From NCBI GenBank assembly GCA_000388065.2, contig KB932201.1: DNA of 12,879 nucleotides. One strand, given 5' to 3'. Below are positions 10,049-12,879 of the stretch, piece by piece; position 1 is the stretch's first letter; each line of letters begins with the position of its first letter. The stretch comes from Fonticula alba ATCC 38817. Its lineage: Eukaryota > Protista > Nucleariida. The translations under genes and the position numbers were made by a program. The notes beneath the pieces were generated by a model. That model had not been told where the DNA came from. It did no database searches and worked only from the letters and a program-made list of their open reading frames with translations.

Positions 10049-10809
10049 ATGTTTGCCCTCTCTCGTCCTCTGGTCCGGGCGTTCGGGGTCAGCCACTCCG
10101 CCGCCCTGCGCCTGTCTGTCGCTGACAGCACTGCTACCCAGCGGCGACTCTTCTCCTCGGCCACCTCGCCGCCGCCGCCGCCGCCGCCACCACCGCACGG
10201 GGGGGACCCGCTCCCCGAGGGTGCCACCCTTGAGGACAGCTCGACCGCCTCCAATGCCCGGCCCTCGCTCAGCTCCTTCGATGTGGTGGGCTCCGGGCCG
10301 GCATACGCGCCGCGCATCTTCCTGGTCGATGACTTCCCCGGGGCCAACCGCATCGTGGTGAATGGCGTCCAGTTCAATGGCGTGCCGGTGGTCGTGACGC
10401 CGACCGGTGTGCTGGCGGTCCGGTGCCCGAACACCGGCACCTCTCGGATTCCCACTCACCGGGAGCTCGCACGCGCTGTCGCGGCCCTGGTCCGCCGATC
10501 GGCCCCGGCCCCGGACATTTTCCTGATCGGGACGGGTCTGCGGCCGGAGCCACGGCACCCCCTGGTGATGGCCATCCTGAAGGAGGTGGCCCAGCCTCCA
10601 GGCGGGCGCTTCGACCTGGCTGCCTCGATCTTCCCCCCGTCCACCCCGGAGCCCGGCGGCGCGGCGCTCCGCTCGAGTGAGATTCTCAGCTCGCGCCACT
10701 GTGCTGGCTTCTACAATACCCTGGTGGATGACGGTCGGTCTCCATTCGCCCTGCTTTTTTCGCCCACCGCTTGGGACCAGTTCTCCCAGCAGCCATCCGG
10801 GGAGGAAGA

Positions 10810-10852
<43 letters not shown>

Positions 10853-10855
10853 TAG
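10049..10855 (+). CDS. NDUFAF3: Mth938-like domain protein, probable mitochondrial complex I assembly factor NDUFAF3-like, 268 aa, with C-terminal poly-Gln
   Basis: Arg/Ser/Leu-rich N-terminus (MFALSRPLVRAFG...QRRLFSS) typical of a mitochondrial presequence. Family motifs PDIFLIGTG and HCAGFYNTLVDDGRSPFALLF (NDUFAF3/AAMDC-type P(D/E)hLhhGTG and AC.T(F/Y)N.L..EGR). Orthology to NDUFAF3 rather than another Mth938-domain protein is inferred from the presequence. Confidence 0.75.
10814..10852 (+). repeat. Coding (CAG)n tract giving 13 Gln at the C-terminus
   Basis: (CAG)11-CAA-CAG directly before the TAG stop. Confidence 0.95.
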
Positions 10856-11590
10856 TTGGAGCAGGCATGTGTTCCGGCCTATGGCCGCCCCTCCCTCCAC
10901 TTACACGTACACGTACACGTACACCCACACACTGGCATCACTTTATAGACATCCTGGTTGCTTCCCCCCACCTGAGCTACTTTTCTTGGTGTGTGTTAGG
11001 GTGTGTATCCCTTCGCCTTTGGCGGCCAGTGCAGCTGGACGCACACTCGCACATGTGTTCACGTGTATGGGGTCAATTGAAGAGAGGGGCAGATGGTAAA
11101 ATGACGATATTTTATTTCTTGGAGGAGGAAAAGGGAGGTGCATGTGAATGTGCGTGTCTTTTGTTCCACCGCACAGGGGAGAGGTAGATATGGAGAGATA
11201 GACAGGGGAGCGGAGCGGAGGGGAGGGGGCGGCGGAGGTGCCGCCCCCAGCGGGGCAAGTCAACAAGTACAGGGGGGAAGGAAAGGGCGTCTACCTGGGG
11301 AAAGCGAGGCCCCGCATGATCCAGGGTCAGCAAGCGAGGGGAGACCAGGTGGGAGCACGGCGGTCAGTCGAAGGCCGCGCACAGGGGGACAACAAGGGGG
11401 AGTGTCACATGGGCGGCATTCGTTGGAGCCACCCCCGGACAGAGGCAGGCCACATGTGCATGCGCGCACCATTGAGTCATCAAGGAGGAGGGATGGATTC
11501 TGCCAAGAGACACCGGCACCTTGGGGTCTAAGAGGGAGGTGCGCCGGGTCGGTGGAGGCACGCGGCCCTCGGGTTCTCTCTCTCTCTCTC

Positions 11591-12121
11591 TCAGAAGTCG
11601 CTGAAAGAGGCATCGCTGTCCTCGGAGTCATCGCCCTTGGCGGCGGTCTCCGCGTCGACACCAACCTCCTCGAGGAAGGCGGCCTCCTCGGCACCGTCAA
11701 TCTCCACGGCCAGGGCCGAGTCATCATTCTCGAGCTCAATGTCAGCGGCATCGTCGGCGGCATCGGCGTTCATGGCGGCCTCGGCGGCCTCGAGCTGCTC
11801 CTTGGCCAGCAGCAGGGACTCCAGGGAAACGAAGGAGGGGTTGCCCCGGTAGGCGTCGTGCGCATGCTGCACCGACTGGTAGCCCAGCAGGACGGCCAGC
11901 GGGTTGACGTCGACCTCCTGGCCGGCGTTGCGCTGGTCGGCAGCCGCGAGCATGGCGGCCGCAGCGCCAGGGCGCGCGCGGAACCGTGCCACCGAGTCCG
12001 TGGTCACAGGCATGCCGAGGGTGGCGAGACACTGGCGGGCCTGGGCCTGCTCGCGGCCCTGCATCAGGGGGGACTTGACCGGGGCGGGCATGCGCGGGCG
12101 CCAGGGCGGCAGGATACCCGC
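11591..12121 (-). CDS. Terminal exon of a 5'-incomplete gene; possibly an S18-family mitochondrial ribosomal protein; acidic C-terminal tail
   Basis: 166-aa ORF with protein-like composition and a D/E-rich tail, extendable 10 codons upstream to a pyrimidine-rich acceptor CCTTGCCCTCAG (AG ends 12122) giving AGILPPWRPRMPAPVKSP. Upstream exon not visible (gap follows). Product call is tentative; coding status is more secure. Confidence 0.6.
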   Translation of the reverse strand, partial: AGILPPWRPRMPAPVKSPLMQGREQAQARQCLATLGMPVTTDSVARFRARPGAAAAMLAAADQRNAGQEVDVNPLAVLLGYQSVQHAHDAYRGNPSFVSLESLLLAKEQLEAAEAAMNADAADDAADIELENDDSALAVEIDGAEEAAFLEEVGVDAETAAKGDDSEDSDASFSDF

Positions 12122-12133
12122 CTGAGGGCAAGG

Positions 12134-12245
12134 NNNNNNNNNNNNNNNNNNNNNNNNNNNNNNNNNNNNNNNNNNNNNNNNNNNNNNNNNNNNNNNNNNN
12201 NNNNNNNNNNNNNNNNNNNNNNNNNNNNNNNNNNNNNNNNNNNNN
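12134..12245. other. Assembly gap (112 N), immediately upstream of the terminal exon
   Basis: Run of N followed by a G tract. Confidence 1.
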
Positions 12246-12764
12246 GGGGGGGGGGCCAGTGTTTACTGCTTTTGCACAGTGCGGCACGCCTCCGGGAGGT
12301 ACTTTTCTCGTTGCTTGTGGTTCCCCCTCCAAGGCTTCTCTCCCGGCCCCTCCCCTTGGGCCAAGAGGTCGGCGGCCCCCTGCCGCGCAGGGATGCCCGA
12401 TGCGATCTGCCGGGACGTTCTGACGTTCCAGATCACGAACAGAGTAAACCCAATAAACCCAGCAAGCGGGCAATTAACCCTTCGAGTTGCGACCCGTTAA
12501 TTGGGTTGGAACATGACACTATGGAAACCATGTTCCTTTGCCGGCTGCCGTCTCTCCCCCTTCGGGGGCGGGGGGTGGGCGCGAGCAAGGCCCTGTCCGG
12601 TGTGCTCGGGGGCGCGCGATTTGCGGCTGCAACTCTCCCGCTCTCCGGGAGGCGCCATTTCATGCATGTGGCTCAGCCTGGCTGGGCCCGGCCGGTCTCG
12701 GGAGAACGTGTCTCCATCCTCGGGCACAGCCGGGCACCCCCCCCCCCCCCCCCCCCCCCGGGGG

Positions 12765-12803
<39 letters not shown>

Positions 12804-12844
12804 TCGCATGAAACATCCTCTAAGAGGGGTACCCCCCGGTCGGG

Positions 12845-12879
12845 CGGGGGGGGGGGGGGGTCAATCGACACGCACCTGA
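12845..12879 (+). repeat. Direct repeat, copy 2 (matches 2398-2434); truncated by the window end
   Basis: C-G15-TCAATCGACACGCACCTGA identical to 2398-2434 apart from G-run length. Confidence 0.9.

Noticed and set aside
12445-12482. Telomere-like or telomerase-template-like TAAACCC/TAACCC motifs
   Set aside because: Not a tandem telomeric array and does not form a 1.5-repeat template such as CTAACCCTAA.
1-12879. CRISPR arrays, transposons, prophage or defence systems
   Set aside because: No repeat-spacer array, terminal inverted repeats with target duplication, or transposase/RT/integrase motifs; the DNA is intron-containing eukaryotic sequence. The 881-nt gap cannot be assessed.

Overview
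GC-rich eukaryotic genomic DNA with short GT-AG introns, many poly-G/poly-C tracts, microsatellites and four assembly gaps. The fungal/animal-like eL15, the intron style and the G/C tracts suggest a GC-rich opisthokont protist such as Fonticula; this is inference only. Four genes are supported. (1) A multi-exon minus-strand gene starting at 3138 and running off the left edge. Manual splicing joins a calmodulin-like EF-hand pair, via an 18-nt micro-exon, to a ~700-aa Ser/Ala/Pro-rich tail whose last residues resemble the segment before TM1 of iRhom pseudoproteases. (2) An uninterrupted 60S ribosomal protein eL15 CDS (7745-8347) with a probable 5'-UTR intron. (3) A mitochondrially targeted Mth938-domain/NDUFAF3-like gene (10049-10855). 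(4) The terminal exon of a minus-strand gene (11591-12121) beginning with an S18-family-like motif and ending in an acidic tail. Most other long ORFs in the track are GC-rich shadow frames or run through N gaps. No CRISPR array, transposase, rRNA or tRNA was recognised. No clearly novel system is demonstrated; the best lead is the EF-hand/possible iRhom-like gene.
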